Positions 45,696 through 55,091 of a stretch of DNA of 64,000 nucleotides are shown here, piece after piece. The notes under the pieces were generated by a model. It was not told the origin of the DNA, did no database searches, and saw only the letters and a list, made by a program, of their open reading frames with translations. Each line of letters opens with the position of its first letter. Position 1 is the stretch's first letter. The position numbers and the translations under genes are program-made. The stretch covers positions 190,526-254,525 of the forward strand of contig JBFLYH010000002.1 of the NCBI GenBank assembly GCA_040756875.1. Reading direction: 5' to 3'. This stretch comes from a candidate division FCPU426 bacterium (lineage in GTDB: Bacteria > Oederibacteriota > JAAXVQ01 > JAUVAV01).

Positions 45696-46193
45696 TTACC
45701 GGTAATTGACGAACTGCAGGTGGATTTTAAGGTTGGCGGCCCGCAGGTGCTGCTGGACAGCCTGCAAATCGTCCAGCACTTTGCCGGAAATGCGGACCTG
45801 GTCGCTTTGGATCGCGGCCTGCACTTTGATTTTCAGGTCCTTGACCAGCTTGACGATTTCCTTGGCTTTATCCGTGGGAATGCCCTGCTGGAGCTTGTAC
45901 ACCTGCCGCGCGCTGCCGCCCGGGGCGACTTCGCAGTCTTCGCGGGTGATGGCCGCCAGCGGTACGCCGCGTTTGGCCAGGCGCGTGTCCAGAATGTCCG
46001 CCAGCGAGCGGATCCTGAAATCGCTGTCCGCGGTCAGGGTCAGGGTCATGGCGTTTTGGTCGAACGCAACCTTGGCCAGAGCGTTCTTGAAATCGTAGCG
46101 CTGGCTGACCTCGCGCTGGGTCTGCTCCACGGCGTTGACCACTTCCTGCTTGTCCAGCTTGCAAACCACGTCGAACGAATGTTCTTGGGCCAT
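45696..46193 (-). CDS. yajQ: YajQ family nucleotide-binding protein
   Basis: SFDVV, NAV, RYDFK, QGI, IQ.DQVR..GK..DDLQ, QF.NYR. Confidence 0.95.
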   Translation of the reverse strand: MAQEHSFDVVCKLDKQEVVNAVEQTQREVSQRYDFKNALAKVAFDQNAMTLTLTADSDFRIRSLADILDTRLAKRGVPLAAITREDCEVAPGGSARQVYKLQQGIPTDKAKEIVKLVKDLKIKVQAAIQSDQVRISGKVLDDLQAVQQHLRAANLKIHLQFVNYR

Positions 46194-46206
46194 GAGTGGG
46201 GGTGTC

Positions 46207-47001
46207 CTAGGGGGTGGCGGGCGCCGGCACGCGTTCGGTTTCGATCACAGGCTGGCGCCGCTCGAAAATGACTTCTTTGCGCACTTCGCCGGTTTCGCCC
46301 AGCGGAGGCTGCAGCTCGCCGTTGAAATAAATTTCGATCCCGCCCGCGTTCCCGGTCCACAGCACGAAGCGCTCCTGGGCCTGCCAGGTCCGCTCCTCGT
46401 TGGGATTGAGGGTGATGTCCGGCTCCTGCCGGCCGTCGATCATGAGCGTGATCCAGGTCTTGTCTTTGCCTTTGATCTTGAGGGTCAGGGGGTCGTCCGG
46501 GCCGGGGGCTTTCGGCAGGGCCGCGGCCGGCGCGTTGAGTTCGCCGGAGACAGCGGGCGGGTTCGCGGTCTCTTCCTGCCCGGCCGGCCACAGCAAAAAC
46601 AGGCCCGCGCCCAGGCCGGTCACCAGCAGGATCGCCACCAGCGGCACCCAAACGTTCTGGTTGCTCTTGCGCCCGCCGTTGGAGTGCCCGGACGTGGGCG
46701 GCTCGGTGCACTGGGCGTGCTGGAGGATTTTATACTGGGAGAGGATGCGTTCGTCGTCGATCTCCAGGTACTTGGCGTAGGCGCGCAGAAACCCGCGGAT
46801 GTACGCCTCGCAGGGCAGCACGTCGAAGCGGTCCTCTTCGAACGCTTCGAGATAGCGCTTCCCGATTTTGGTGTGCTCGGCCACCTCGACCAGGGAGATG
46901 CCCCGGGCCTTGCGCTGCGCGCGCAGCTGTTCGCCGATGGTGAGCGTTTTTTCTTCGGTGCTGGTTTTTTCGTTTTCCGTCACTTGCGTGGCCTCGGTCA
47001 T
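46207..47001 (-). CDS. rodZ: RodZ-like helix-turn-helix membrane protein
   Basis: IGEQLR..R..TKI...YL.A.E, Y.RGF.R.YA.YL, TM, C-terminal GNAGG..NG. Confidence 0.85.
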   Translation of the reverse strand: MTEATQVTENEKTSTEEKTLTIGEQLRAQRKARGISLVEVAEHTKIGKRYLEAFEEDRFDVLPCEAYIRGFLRAYAKYLEIDDERILSQYKILQHAQCTEPPTSGHSNGGRKSNQNVWVPLVAILLVTGLGAGLFLLWPAGQEETANPPAVSGELNAPAAALPKAPGPDDPLTLKIKGKDKTWITLMIDGRQEPDITLNPNEERTWQAQERFVLWTGNAGGIEIYFNGELQPPLGETGEVRKEVIFERRQPVIETERVPAPATP

Positions 47002-47087
47002 GGAACTGCCCCCCTTCCTTGTCCGCCTTGACCTTGGGGACCCCATATTATCAAATCCGCCCGGAGGCGCAATATTTATTATCCCCT

Positions 47088-47888
47088 TTAAAACAGGTCG
47101 ATCACTTCGGCGCCGGCCGGCGGCTTGAACTCGAACCAGTCCGCCGGCAGCCCGCTTTCCGGATCGCGCAGCAGGTCCTCCTGGGTGTGGATCTTCACGT
47201 TGCGGAACTCGACCGCCACTTCCCTTTCAGCCGAGACCGCGATCCGGCTGGGCGCCAGCTGGCTTCCGTCCAGCCACAGGCGCGCCTGCTTAAAGGCCAG
47301 TCCCGAATCCGGCTTGGGGATGATTTCAAAGCCCCGCTCCCGGGGGCGCTTGGCGTCCGGCGCCAAGGCGCGGACCTCGCAGCGGGAGAGCAGGCTGGCC
47401 AGCCCGCCGCCCAGCTCCAGAAACAGCTCGCCCGCGTCGCCCGCGGCTGGCAGGGAGCCTACTTGCACCTGGTTGATCTTTTCCAAATACAGCCAGCGCC
47501 GGCTGCCGTTCGAAACCAGCTGCTGCACGTCCGGCTCCTGGTATTCCACTTTGTACCGCCGCCCCGCAGCCATCCAGGCCTTGCCCCGGGCCACCAAATC
47601 CTTGCCCCCGGGCCCTGCGCCGCTCACGGTCATGGCGAAATCCGCCTCCAGGTCGCCGATGGCTTCCTGGGCCTCGCGCAACTCGCGGGCCGCGCCTTTG
47701 TCGTTGGGTTTCATGGCCACGGTCTGATTGACGACGACCGAGGTGTTTCCCTCGGCGCCTCCGGCGCCCGGCGAGGACATTCCGGCCGGAGCGGGCACAG
47801 GGGTCGGCGCGGGTTTGCGGCCCGCGCCCAGCGCGGCCACGGCCAGCGCGCAGGCCAGCAGGCACCAGGCGTTCGTTGTTCGTCTCAT
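47088..47888 (-). CDS. lolA: LolA-like outer-membrane lipoprotein carrier
   Basis: ADF, Y..P..Q.LVSNG...W.Y....NQV, F.F.PP.G.EVID; directly after ftsK. Confidence 0.75.
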   Translation of the reverse strand: MRRTTNAWCLLACALAVAALGAGRKPAPTPVPAPAGMSSPGAGGAEGNTSVVVNQTVAMKPNDKGAARELREAQEAIGDLEADFAMTVSGAGPGGKDLVARGKAWMAAGRRYKVEYQEPDVQQLVSNGSRRWLYLEKINQVQVGSLPAAGDAGELFLELGGGLASLLSRCEVRALAPDAKRPRERGFEIIPKPDSGLAFKQARLWLDGSQLAPSRIAVSAEREVAVEFRNVKIHTQEDLLRDPESGLPADWFEFKPPAGAEVIDLF

Positions 47889-47891
47889 GTT

Positions 47892-50270
47892 TTATTCCTC
47901 CTGTTGGTTCAGGGCTTCGGGCCCCAGGCTGTCCGGCGAAATCAGGACTTTGCGCGGCTTGCTGCCGTCCGGCGGGCCGACGATGCCCCGCTGCTCCATC
48001 AGGTCCAGCAGCCGGGCCGCGCGGGAATAGCCGACCTTGAGCCGCCGCTGCAGGAGCGAGGTGCTGGCCTGCTTGGCCCGCACCACCCAGCCGATGGCTT
48101 CCTGGAACAATTCGTCCTCTTCCTCCCCGCCCTCGCCGGCCTGGCCCGAGGCCTTCTGCTTGACCTCCACGAACGCCGGATCGAACACCGGGGCGCCCTG
48201 CTGCCGCCAGTGCTTGACCACGCGCTCCACTTCGGGCGTGGAAATGAACACGCCCTGGATGCGCATGGGCTTGGTCGCCGAAGCCGGGGCATACAGCATG
48301 TCGCCGCGCCCCAGCAGCGCGTCCGCGCCGTTCATGTCGAGGATGGTCCGCGAATCCACCTTGGAGGACACCTGGAAGGCGATGCGCGAGGGGAAGTTGG
48401 CTTTGATCAGTCCGGTGATCACGTCCACCGAGGGCCGCTGCGTGGCCAGCACCAGGTGGATGCCCACGCCGCGCGCCATCTGGGCCAGCCGGGTGATGGT
48501 GGTTTCCACCTCGTTGGCCGCGATCATCATCAGGTCGGCCAGCTCGTCGATGAACACCACGATGTAGGGCATGTGCACCATCCGGGCGTCCGGGGCCCAG
48601 GCCTGGTCCCCCGTGGCCGCGGCTTGTTCGGCCACCCGCTGGTTGTAGGTTTGGATGTCGCGCACGCCCAGCTCGGCGAACCGCTGATAGCGCGCCTCCA
48701 TTTCCTTGACCAGGAGCCTGAGCGCCATGGCCGCCTCGCGGGCGTCGGTGATGACCGGGCTCTTGAGGTGCGGGATGCCGTTGTAGCTCGTAAGCTCCAC
48801 GCGCTTGGGGTCGATCATGAGGAATTTCACCTGCCGGGGCGTGGTCCGGAACAGCAGGCTGCTGATGATGCCGTTGACGCAGGCGCTCTTGCCCGAACCC
48901 GTGGCGCCCGCGATCAGCAGGTGGGGCATGGCATCCAGCCTCCCGAAAATATGCTTGCCGCCGATGTCCTTCCCCACCGCGAACGTGAGCACGGACTCTT
49001 CGGTGTTGAACGCCGGGTCGCCCAAAAGCTCCTGGATGCTCACGATCTGCTTCTCCTGGTTGGGGATCTCGATGCCGACCGCGCCCTTGCCCGGGATCGG
49101 CGCCTCGATGCGCACGTGTTCGGCTTTCATGGCCAGGGCGATGTCGTCCGCCAGCGAAAGGATGCTGTTGACTTTGACGCCGGGCGAAGGCTGCAGTTCG
49201 TAGCGCGTGACCACGGGGCCGGGGCAGACTTCGACCACCTTGGCCGCCACGCCGAACTGGTTCAGGCTGCGTTCCAGCGTCTGGCTCATGCCCTCGAAAT
49301 AAGCGGTGTTGAGCGTGGGGTTGGACTTCGGCGCGTTCAGCAACTCCAGGCTCGGCAGGACGTATTCCTTTTCCGTTTCAGCCGGCTGGTCCGCGGTTTC
49401 TCCGGTTTTCGGGGCCGCCGGCGGCTTGACCGGCTGGGGACGCGGCTTTTCGATCACCGGCGGAGCGCTGATGTTGATCTTGGGCCGTTCGGGCAGCGGC
49501 GGCATCGCCGGCGGCGCGGCGGCCGGAGGCTTGCTTTTAACGGGCTTGACCGCCCGGGCCTCGGCCGGATGGGCGTAATCCAACTGCGAGCGCGAATGCT
49601 TGACCCCGGCGTGCAACCGTTCCCAGAAACGGCGGATAAAGCCCGCCACGTACGGTTCCACTTCCAATAGATAGAGGGAAATAATCAGCAGGGTTCCGGC
49701 CACCACGTAGGTGCCGATCGTGGAGAAGATCGCCACCAGCACGCCCGCGGCCGCGGAAGCCGGCACCCCTCCGGCCGGAAGGGCCACGGGCCCGAACAAG
49801 CGCAGGCCCTTGGGCATCTGCGACCAGAACTGGGCCGCGTTCTTCCAGGCGTAGAAGGCCGGCGCCTTGGCCAGACTCAGGGGCTGAGGGTGAAACAGCT
49901 GGGTCAGAATGCCCAGGGCCAGCACGGTCAGGACCAGGCCCAGGAGCTTGAAAGTGCCGTGCTCCACGTCCGTGCTGCGGAACACGAGCCAGCCATAGAC
50001 CGCGATCATGGCCGGCAGCGCGTAGATCCAGACGCCGAACAGCGCGAGCCCGACGCGGAAGAGGATTTCGCCGCTGGGCCCCAGGGCGTTCTGCCCTGCG
50101 CTGTGCGGCCAGATGGCCGCGGCCAGCAGCACGGCGAAAGCCCACCAGCCGATGCCCAGCACCTCCTGCCGCCGCTTGCCTGAAAACATTTCGCGCAGGG
50201 TCCAGGGGGCGGAATCCGGCGCCTTCGCGCCGTTGCCCTTGCGTTTCATTTTCAACCAGAACGTCGCCAT
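47892..50270 (-). CDS. ftsK: DNA translocase FtsK
   Basis: N-terminal TMs, PHLLIAGATGSGKS, DELADLM, ATQRPS, gamma domain LQRRL.VGYSRAAR. Confidence 0.97.
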   Translation of the reverse strand: MATFWLKMKRKGNGAKAPDSAPWTLREMFSGKRRQEVLGIGWWAFAVLLAAAIWPHSAGQNALGPSGEILFRVGLALFGVWIYALPAMIAVYGWLVFRSTDVEHGTFKLLGLVLTVLALGILTQLFHPQPLSLAKAPAFYAWKNAAQFWSQMPKGLRLFGPVALPAGGVPASAAAGVLVAIFSTIGTYVVAGTLLIISLYLLEVEPYVAGFIRRFWERLHAGVKHSRSQLDYAHPAEARAVKPVKSKPPAAAPPAMPPLPERPKINISAPPVIEKPRPQPVKPPAAPKTGETADQPAETEKEYVLPSLELLNAPKSNPTLNTAYFEGMSQTLERSLNQFGVAAKVVEVCPGPVVTRYELQPSPGVKVNSILSLADDIALAMKAEHVRIEAPIPGKGAVGIEIPNQEKQIVSIQELLGDPAFNTEESVLTFAVGKDIGGKHIFGRLDAMPHLLIAGATGSGKSACVNGIISSLLFRTTPRQVKFLMIDPKRVELTSYNGIPHLKSPVITDAREAAMALRLLVKEMEARYQRFAELGVRDIQTYNQRVAEQAAATGDQAWAPDARMVHMPYIVVFIDELADLMMIAANEVETTITRLAQMARGVGIHLVLATQRPSVDVITGLIKANFPSRIAFQVSSKVDSRTILDMNGADALLGRGDMLYAPASATKPMRIQGVFISTPEVERVVKHWRQQGAPVFDPAFVEVKQKASGQAGEGGEEEDELFQEAIGWVVRAKQASTSLLQRRLKVGYSRAARLLDLMEQRGIVGPPDGSKPRKVLISPDSLGPEALNQQEE

Positions 50271-50273
50271 ATC

Positions 50274-51935
50274 CTACGTCTCCACCACCACGGGAATGAT
50301 CATGGGAAAGCGCATGATCTCCTTCTTGAAAAACCGTTTCAGCGCCGTGCGCACGGTGTCCTGCAGGACCTGCGTGTCCGCGCGGCCGGCGCTCGTCTCC
50401 TCGGCCAGCAGCCCGCGCAGGTGTTCGGCCGCGCGTTCGGTCAGGCGCCCGGATTCGGCCTCGTCCGCGATGCCGCGCGCGATCAGGTCCGGCCCGGCGA
50501 CCAGCTCGCCGGAGTGCCGGTCCACGCCCAGGATCGCGACCACCATGCCGTCCTGCGCCAGGTGCTGGCGGTCGCGCAGCACCACGCGGCCCACGTCGCC
50601 GACGCCTTTGCCGTCCACGAATACGTTGCCGGCCGCCGCTTCCCCGCTGCGCGCCACGCCGGCGGCCGAGAGCGCCACCTGCTGGCCGTTTTCAAGGATC
50701 GTGATCCGTTCGTCGGACAGGCCCGCTTCCCGCGCCAGGGCGGCGTGCCGCACCAAGTGGCGCAGTTCGCCGTGGACCGGAATGAAATGGCGCGGCCGCA
50801 CCAGGTTCAGCATGACCTTGAGTTCCTCCTGGGCGGCGTGGCCGGACACGTGAATCTCGCTCACCCGCTCGTAGTGCACCTGGCAACCCAGGCGGAAGAG
50901 GTGGTTGATCATGTTGCCGATCCGGCGTTCGTTGCCCGGAATGGTGCGGGCCGATATGATCACCGTGTCCCCGGGCTTGAACTGCAAATCGTCGTTCTCG
51001 CCCACCGCGGCCCGCGCCAGGGCCGAACGGGGTTCGCCCTGGCTGCCTGTGGTGAGGATCACCGTCTTTTCCGGCGGCAGCCGCGCGATGTCGGTCGAGC
51101 GCAGCCACAGATTCGGCGGCAGGTCCACGTACCCCAGCTCGTGCGCGGTGCGCAGGTTCTTGGTCATGCTCATACCCAGCACGCCCACTTTGCGCTGGTG
51201 CCGCTCGGCGGCCTGGAGCGCCTGCTGGAAGCGGGGCACGTTGCTGGAAAAGCAGGCGATCACCACCCGCCCCTGCGCGTCCCGGATGATCTCGTCGAAC
51301 GCCTGGCCGACTTCCCGCTCGGACAGCGTGTAGCCCGGCCGCTCGGCGTTGGTGGAATCCGAAAACAGCAGGTCCACGCCCTTCTGCCCCCAGGCGCCGA
51401 AGCGGGCCAGGTCGGTCTGCTGTCCATCGACCGGCGTGGGATCGAGCTTGAAGTCGCCGGTATGCACGATGTTGCCCGCGGGCGTGGAGATCCCCAGCCC
51501 GAAGCCGTCGATGATCGAATGCGTCACCCGGAAAAATTCGATCCGGAAGGGGCCGAGCGACAATTCGTCGCCCGCGGCCACGGCTTTCAGCTGCACGTCC
51601 GGCAGGTTCGGATGCTCCTCCAGCTTGTTGGCCACGATGCCCAGCGTCATGCGCGAACCGTACACCGGCACTGGGAGTTCGCGCAGCACGTACGGCAGGC
51701 CGCCCACATGGTCCTCGTGTCCGTGCGTGAGCACGATGCCAATGACCTGGTCCCGCCGCTCCCGGAGATAGGAAATGTCCGGAATGACGAAATCCACGCC
51801 CAGCTGGTCCTCGGACGGAAAAGCCAGGCCGGCGTCGACGATCAGAATCTGGCCCTGGCACTCGAGCGCCAGCATGTTTTTTCCAATTTCGCCCAATCCG
51901 CCCAGGGGCGTGATCAGGCACTGCGTTTGGCTCAT
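50274..51935 (-). CDS. rnj: ribonuclease J
   Basis: LGGLGEIGKN, THGHEDH, HTGDFK, TGSQGEP, HVSGH, PVHGE. Confidence 0.96.
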   Translation of the reverse strand: MSQTQCLITPLGGLGEIGKNMLALECQGQILIVDAGLAFPSEDQLGVDFVIPDISYLRERRDQVIGIVLTHGHEDHVGGLPYVLRELPVPVYGSRMTLGIVANKLEEHPNLPDVQLKAVAAGDELSLGPFRIEFFRVTHSIIDGFGLGISTPAGNIVHTGDFKLDPTPVDGQQTDLARFGAWGQKGVDLLFSDSTNAERPGYTLSEREVGQAFDEIIRDAQGRVVIACFSSNVPRFQQALQAAERHQRKVGVLGMSMTKNLRTAHELGYVDLPPNLWLRSTDIARLPPEKTVILTTGSQGEPRSALARAAVGENDDLQFKPGDTVIISARTIPGNERRIGNMINHLFRLGCQVHYERVSEIHVSGHAAQEELKVMLNLVRPRHFIPVHGELRHLVRHAALAREAGLSDERITILENGQQVALSAAGVARSGEAAAGNVFVDGKGVGDVGRVVLRDRQHLAQDGMVVAILGVDRHSGELVAGPDLIARGIADEAESGRLTERAAEHLRGLLAEETSAGRADTQVLQDTVRTALKRFFKKEIMRFPMIIPVVVET

Positions 51936-52043
51936 TGGCTTTTTTTTCCTGCTTTTTGCGGGTTTTGGGGCATTATAGCAGACCCTCCGAAAGGCAACCA
52001 GCGAAAACTCCGGACCTCTGCTTGCGGCCGGCAGGAGTTCCCG

Positions 52044-52091
52044 AAAAATAAAACAACGTAGAGCGTTCTTCGAACGCTCTACGTTGTTTTA
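52044..52091 (-). terminator. strong intrinsic terminator (possibly bidirectional)
   Basis: Perfect 20-bp stem 52049-52068/52072-52091, 3-nt loop, TTTTATTTTT tail on minus strand. Confidence 0.85.
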
Positions 52092-52116
52092 GAAGAAACC
52101 TACTTGGTAGGGTAAG

Positions 52117-52164
52117 TTATTTCTTCTTCTTCGTGGCTTTCTTCGCTTTTTTCTTCGTCGCCAT
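52117..52164 (-). CDS. 15-aa Lys-rich small peptide MATKKKAKKATKKKK
   Basis: ATG..TAA, purine-rich RBS AAAAGGGGGA, followed by terminator; below the ORF-track cutoff. Confidence 0.6.
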   Translation of the reverse strand: MATKKKAKKATKKKK

Positions 52165-52327
52165 GCTTCGTAGGTCCCCCTTTTCCAGATAATGTGTACC
52201 TATAGAATATAGATACAAAATATAGTTATCAAAATATCTCCTATCTGTCAAGTTAAAAAAATCCTTTTATTTCCTCAAATAACAAAATTGTATCAGGGAT
52301 GAAAATGACTACTATTTTGAAAACAGG

Positions 52328-53620
52328 TTAGATACGGAATCCCCGCAACTGCGCCTCAGCCGCTTCGGAGATCGGGCCCACGGCCGCCGAACAGACGGGC
52401 GCTTTTAGAAAAAGCGAACGCATGGCAGCCGCCAGACCGGCGCGAGACAGGCCATCGATCTCGCGCAGCACCTGGGCCGGCGTGGGATGCGACTGCAGAT
52501 ACATCTCCTGCTGCAGCAGGTTCCACATGTGCGTGGACGAACTTTCCAGGGAGATCAGCAGGTTGCCGCGCATTTGCTCGCGTATGTCCCGCCCTTCCTG
52601 CGCGGTGGGCCCTGCGGAGGCCAGGCGATGCGTTTCCTCCTGCACGCGCTTGAGTGCCTCGGAGAGGTTGCGCGGATGGCAGGCCAGATAAATGCCGGCC
52701 AGACCGGTGTCGCGGTAGTAGTCCACGAAAGAGTAAACGGCGTACACCAGGGCGCGGCGTTCGCGGATTTCGTAAAACAGCCGCGAATTGGGGCCGCCGC
52801 CGAGGATGCTGTTGACCGCCAGCGAGGCCAGCCGCTGCGGCGAGGCATACGCCAATCCTCTTACGCCCAGGCAGACGTGCACCTGTTCCAGGGAACGGCG
52901 CTGAACGAGCGCGCGGGCGCCGGATTTCGGCAGCGCGGGCGCGGGTGCCGCGGGCCCCGGCGTTTTCGCCAGCCGGCCCAGCAGCCGCCGGGCCTCGGCC
53001 GCGGCCGCGGCGGGGGTGATCCGGCCGGCCACGGCCAGGATCATTTTGCCGGGCTGGTAATGCCGCGCCATGAAACCCGCCAGGTCCGCGCGGTGCGCGG
53101 CGCGCAGGTGCCGGCGGGTGCCGAGGATCGGCCAGCCCAGGGGGTGGCGCGGCCACAGGGATTGGAACAGCAGGTCATGCACGTATTCGTCCGGTGCGTC
53201 CTCCACCATGCGGATCTCCTCCAGGATGACGCGCTTCTCTTTCCGCAGTTCGCGCTCCGGCAGTTGGGGATGACGCAGCATGTCCGCGATGACGTCCAGG
53301 GCGAGCGAAAAATGGGGGGCCGGCACCTTGGCGTAGAAAGTGGTGCTTTCGCGGCCCGTGGCCGCGTCCAGATGGCCGCCGACCGCGGCCAAAACCCGCG
53401 ACAGCTCGCGCGTGTCCCGGCGCCGCGTGCCTTGAAAAACCATGTGTTCGACGAGGTGGCTCAGTCCCCGCTCCGGTTCGCGTTCGTCCCGCGAACCGAC
53501 CGCCACGTTGACGCCGAGCGAGACCGAGGCCAGATGCGGCAGGGGCTGGACCAGCACCAGCAGGCCATTGGGGAGGGTGATGCGGACCGGAGTGGACTGG
53601 AGGAGATTAACGGCCGACAA
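52328..53620 (-). CDS. M16 (pitrilysin) family peptidase
   Basis: LPNGL, GSRDE, HLVEH Zn motif, LGGG.NSRLF.EIRE. Confidence 0.92.
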   Translation of the reverse strand: MSAVNLLQSTPVRITLPNGLLVLVQPLPHLASVSLGVNVAVGSRDEREPERGLSHLVEHMVFQGTRRRDTRELSRVLAAVGGHLDAATGRESTTFYAKVPAPHFSLALDVIADMLRHPQLPERELRKEKRVILEEIRMVEDAPDEYVHDLLFQSLWPRHPLGWPILGTRRHLRAAHRADLAGFMARHYQPGKMILAVAGRITPAAAAAEARRLLGRLAKTPGPAAPAPALPKSGARALVQRRSLEQVHVCLGVRGLAYASPQRLASLAVNSILGGGPNSRLFYEIRERRALVYAVYSFVDYYRDTGLAGIYLACHPRNLSEALKRVQEETHRLASAGPTAQEGRDIREQMRGNLLISLESSSTHMWNLLQQEMYLQSHPTPAQVLREIDGLSRAGLAAAMRSLFLKAPVCSAAVGPISEAAEAQLRGFRI

Positions 53621-55025
53621 GCAGTTTCCTTCCCACGGCGGCGAGGGTTTCCAGCAACGCGGGGTCGTTGGCTTCGAGGTACAGGCGCGCCACGGGTTCG
53701 GTGCCCGAAAGGCGGATGGCCAGCCAGGCGCCGCCCTCCAAAAGATATTTGAACCCGTCCAGGGTATCCACCTGTTTCACCGCGCGGCCGGCCAGCTGTT
53801 TGGGATGGTAGTGCTGCAGTTTCTTTTTCAGCGCCGCGCCCGCTTCCTGGGTCGCCAGCTTGACGTTGACGCGCTGGGTAAGGATCCGGCCCACGCGGCT
53901 GAACAAGTCGTCCAGCACCGCGCGCAGGCTGCGCCGCTCGCGCGCGACCAGCTCGGCCATGAGCAGGCAGGCCAGCACGCCGTCTTTTTCCGGCACGTGC
54001 CCGGCCACGGTCAAGCCGCCGCTTTCCTCCCCGCCGGCGAGGAACCCGCCGCGCTGCATGCTTTCGCCGATATACTTGAACCCCACAGGCGTCACTTCGA
54101 CTTCCAGCCCGTAAGCCCCGGCCACGGCGTCCACCAGGTGGCTCGTGACCACCGAGCGCACCACGCGCCCCTTGAGGCCGCGGTGCTTGACCAGCAGGTA
54201 CACGGTCAGGGCCAGGATTTCGTTGGGCGTGAGGTAGGTCCCGTCCGCATCCAGCACGCCGAAGCGGTCCGCGTCGCCGTCCGTGGACAGCACCAGCGAG
54301 GCGCGTTCGGCGCGCATGCGATCGCGGGCTTCCTGCAGCCGTTCGGAGCTCGGCTCGGGCGGATGGCCGCCGAAGAGCGGATCGCGCCAGTCGTGCAGCA
54401 CGCTCACGCGGCAGCCGGCCCGGCGCAGGGCCTCTTCCAGGTAGCCGCGGCCCGCGCCGTACAGCGGATCGGCTACGACCGCGAGCTTCGCGCTCCGGAT
54501 GACGTCCAGAGGCAGCATCCGGTCCAGCCGTTGGAAATAACCCGGCTTGGGATCCAAGGGGAGGATTTTCCCGCGCCGGCCGCCCCGGGGCGCCCGGCCT
54601 CCGCCCTGGGCCAGAAACTTCGCGGCCAGTTTCTCCAGGGGCGCCACTTCCTCGCGCGTGGCCGGGCTGCCGTGGGCGTTCGACCACTTGAAGCCCTGGT
54701 ATTCGGCCGGATTGTGGCTGGCTGTGAAATTGATGCCGCCGGCCAGCTTCAAATCCAGGATGGCGGCGGCCAGCACCGGCGTGGGCGCCGACTCCTCCAC
54801 CACGTGCACCCGGATGCCCTCTTCGCTCAAGATCCTCGCCGCCAGCGCGGTGAACTGTTCGGAGAGAAAACGCGGGTCATGGCCCACCAGCACGCCGCGG
54901 CCTGCGATCCGCTGGGCTTTGAGCCGCCGGGCCACGGCGCGGGTCACCGCGGTCACGCCCGTGAACGTGAAGCCAGCGGCAATGAGATCGCGCCAGCCCG
55001 AGGTGCCGAAATGAATGGGAGACAT
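53607..55025 (-). CDS. phosphoglucomutase/phosphomannomutase
   Basis: FGTSGWR, TASHNP, DGDADR, GEESGG, R.SGTEP. Confidence 0.95.
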   Translation of the reverse strand: MSPIHFGTSGWRDLIAAGFTFTGVTAVTRAVARRLKAQRIAGRGVLVGHDPRFLSEQFTALAARILSEEGIRVHVVEESAPTPVLAAAILDLKLAGGINFTASHNPAEYQGFKWSNAHGSPATREEVAPLEKLAAKFLAQGGGRAPRGGRRGKILPLDPKPGYFQRLDRMLPLDVIRSAKLAVVADPLYGAGRGYLEEALRRAGCRVSVLHDWRDPLFGGHPPEPSSERLQEARDRMRAERASLVLSTDGDADRFGVLDADGTYLTPNEILALTVYLLVKHRGLKGRVVRSVVTSHLVDAVAGAYGLEVEVTPVGFKYIGESMQRGGFLAGGEESGGLTVAGHVPEKDGVLACLLMAELVARERRSLRAVLDDLFSRVGRILTQRVNVKLATQEAGAALKKKLQHYHPKQLAGRAVKQVDTLDGFKYLLEGGAWLAIRLSGTEPVARLYLEANDPALLETLAAVGRKLLVGR

Positions 55026-55047
55026 GAAGCCACTCCTCCGATGGACT

Positions 55048-55075
55048 GCAGGGGCGTTCACTTGAACGCCCCTAC
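55048..55075. repeat. GTAG-type REP, degenerate copy
   Basis: gcaggggcgttcacttgaacgcccctac. Confidence 0.8.
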
Positions 55076-55091
55076 TTTATTTGGGACGTAC

